DNA from: Sporopachydermia quercuum | Taxonomy: Eukaryota | Length of the DNA: 64,000 nt | Direction: 5' to 3' | Assembly: GCA_001599295.1 (NCBI GenBank) | Contig: BCGN01000009.1 | Span: forward strand, 310,001-374,000 | The notes under the pieces: model-generated | Database searches by the model: none | What the model saw: only the letters and a program-made list of their open reading frames with translations | Told to the model about the DNA's origin: nothing | In this document: one piece after another, positions 63,921 to 64,000 of the stretch | Layout of the letters: every line of letters starts with the position of its first letter | Position numbering within the stretch: position 1 is the first letter of the stretch | Program-made: the position numbers and the translations under genes

Positions 63921-64000
63921 GTTTGTAGGATACTAGCTTTATTTCAGGGTTATGTTCGATCAGATAGATGGCAATTGCTTCATTGAAAATCAGCCATCAT

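Overview
A 64-kb chromosomal segment from an AT-rich, relatively intron-rich budding yeast (Saccharomycotina). It uses the standard nuclear code: CTG falls at invariant Leu positions such as H4 L10, HELAH and KLHG. I find 23 protein-coding genes, 8 of them needing splicing (12 introns reconstructed by hand), plus an intron-containing tRNA-Ile(UAU) and a possible decayed Ty1/copia integrase at the left edge. Genes in order: GCD6, LOC1, SIRT5-type sirtuin, LPD1, an unknown Glu-rich protein, M1 aminopeptidase, GFA1, MRX10/RMD1-family, HAD phosphatase, Ppr1-like Zn2Cys6 factor, phosphoglycerate mutase, amino-acid permease, PIN/auxin-efflux-like transporter, RPN4, divergent H4/H3 pair, DUF3445 protein, UGA2, ureohydrolase (GBU1-like), RCR-like, CBS/PB1 protein, cis-prenyltransferase, VPH2/VMA12. 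The best leads are: (1) an H3/H4 pair with substitutions on the Dot1/BAH-binding surface (H4 G13S; H3 F78Y, T80N); (2) an acidic orphan protein ending in two Lifeact-like motifs; (3) a DUF3445-UGA2-GBU1 nitrogen-catabolism gene neighbourhood; (4) ~10-bp-phased TGCA arrays recurring in intergenic DNA; (5) long structured GCD6 introns and an orphan intron in apparently non-coding DNA. Scattered single N bases look like masked ambiguous sites. All homology calls are from recalled motifs, not database searches.
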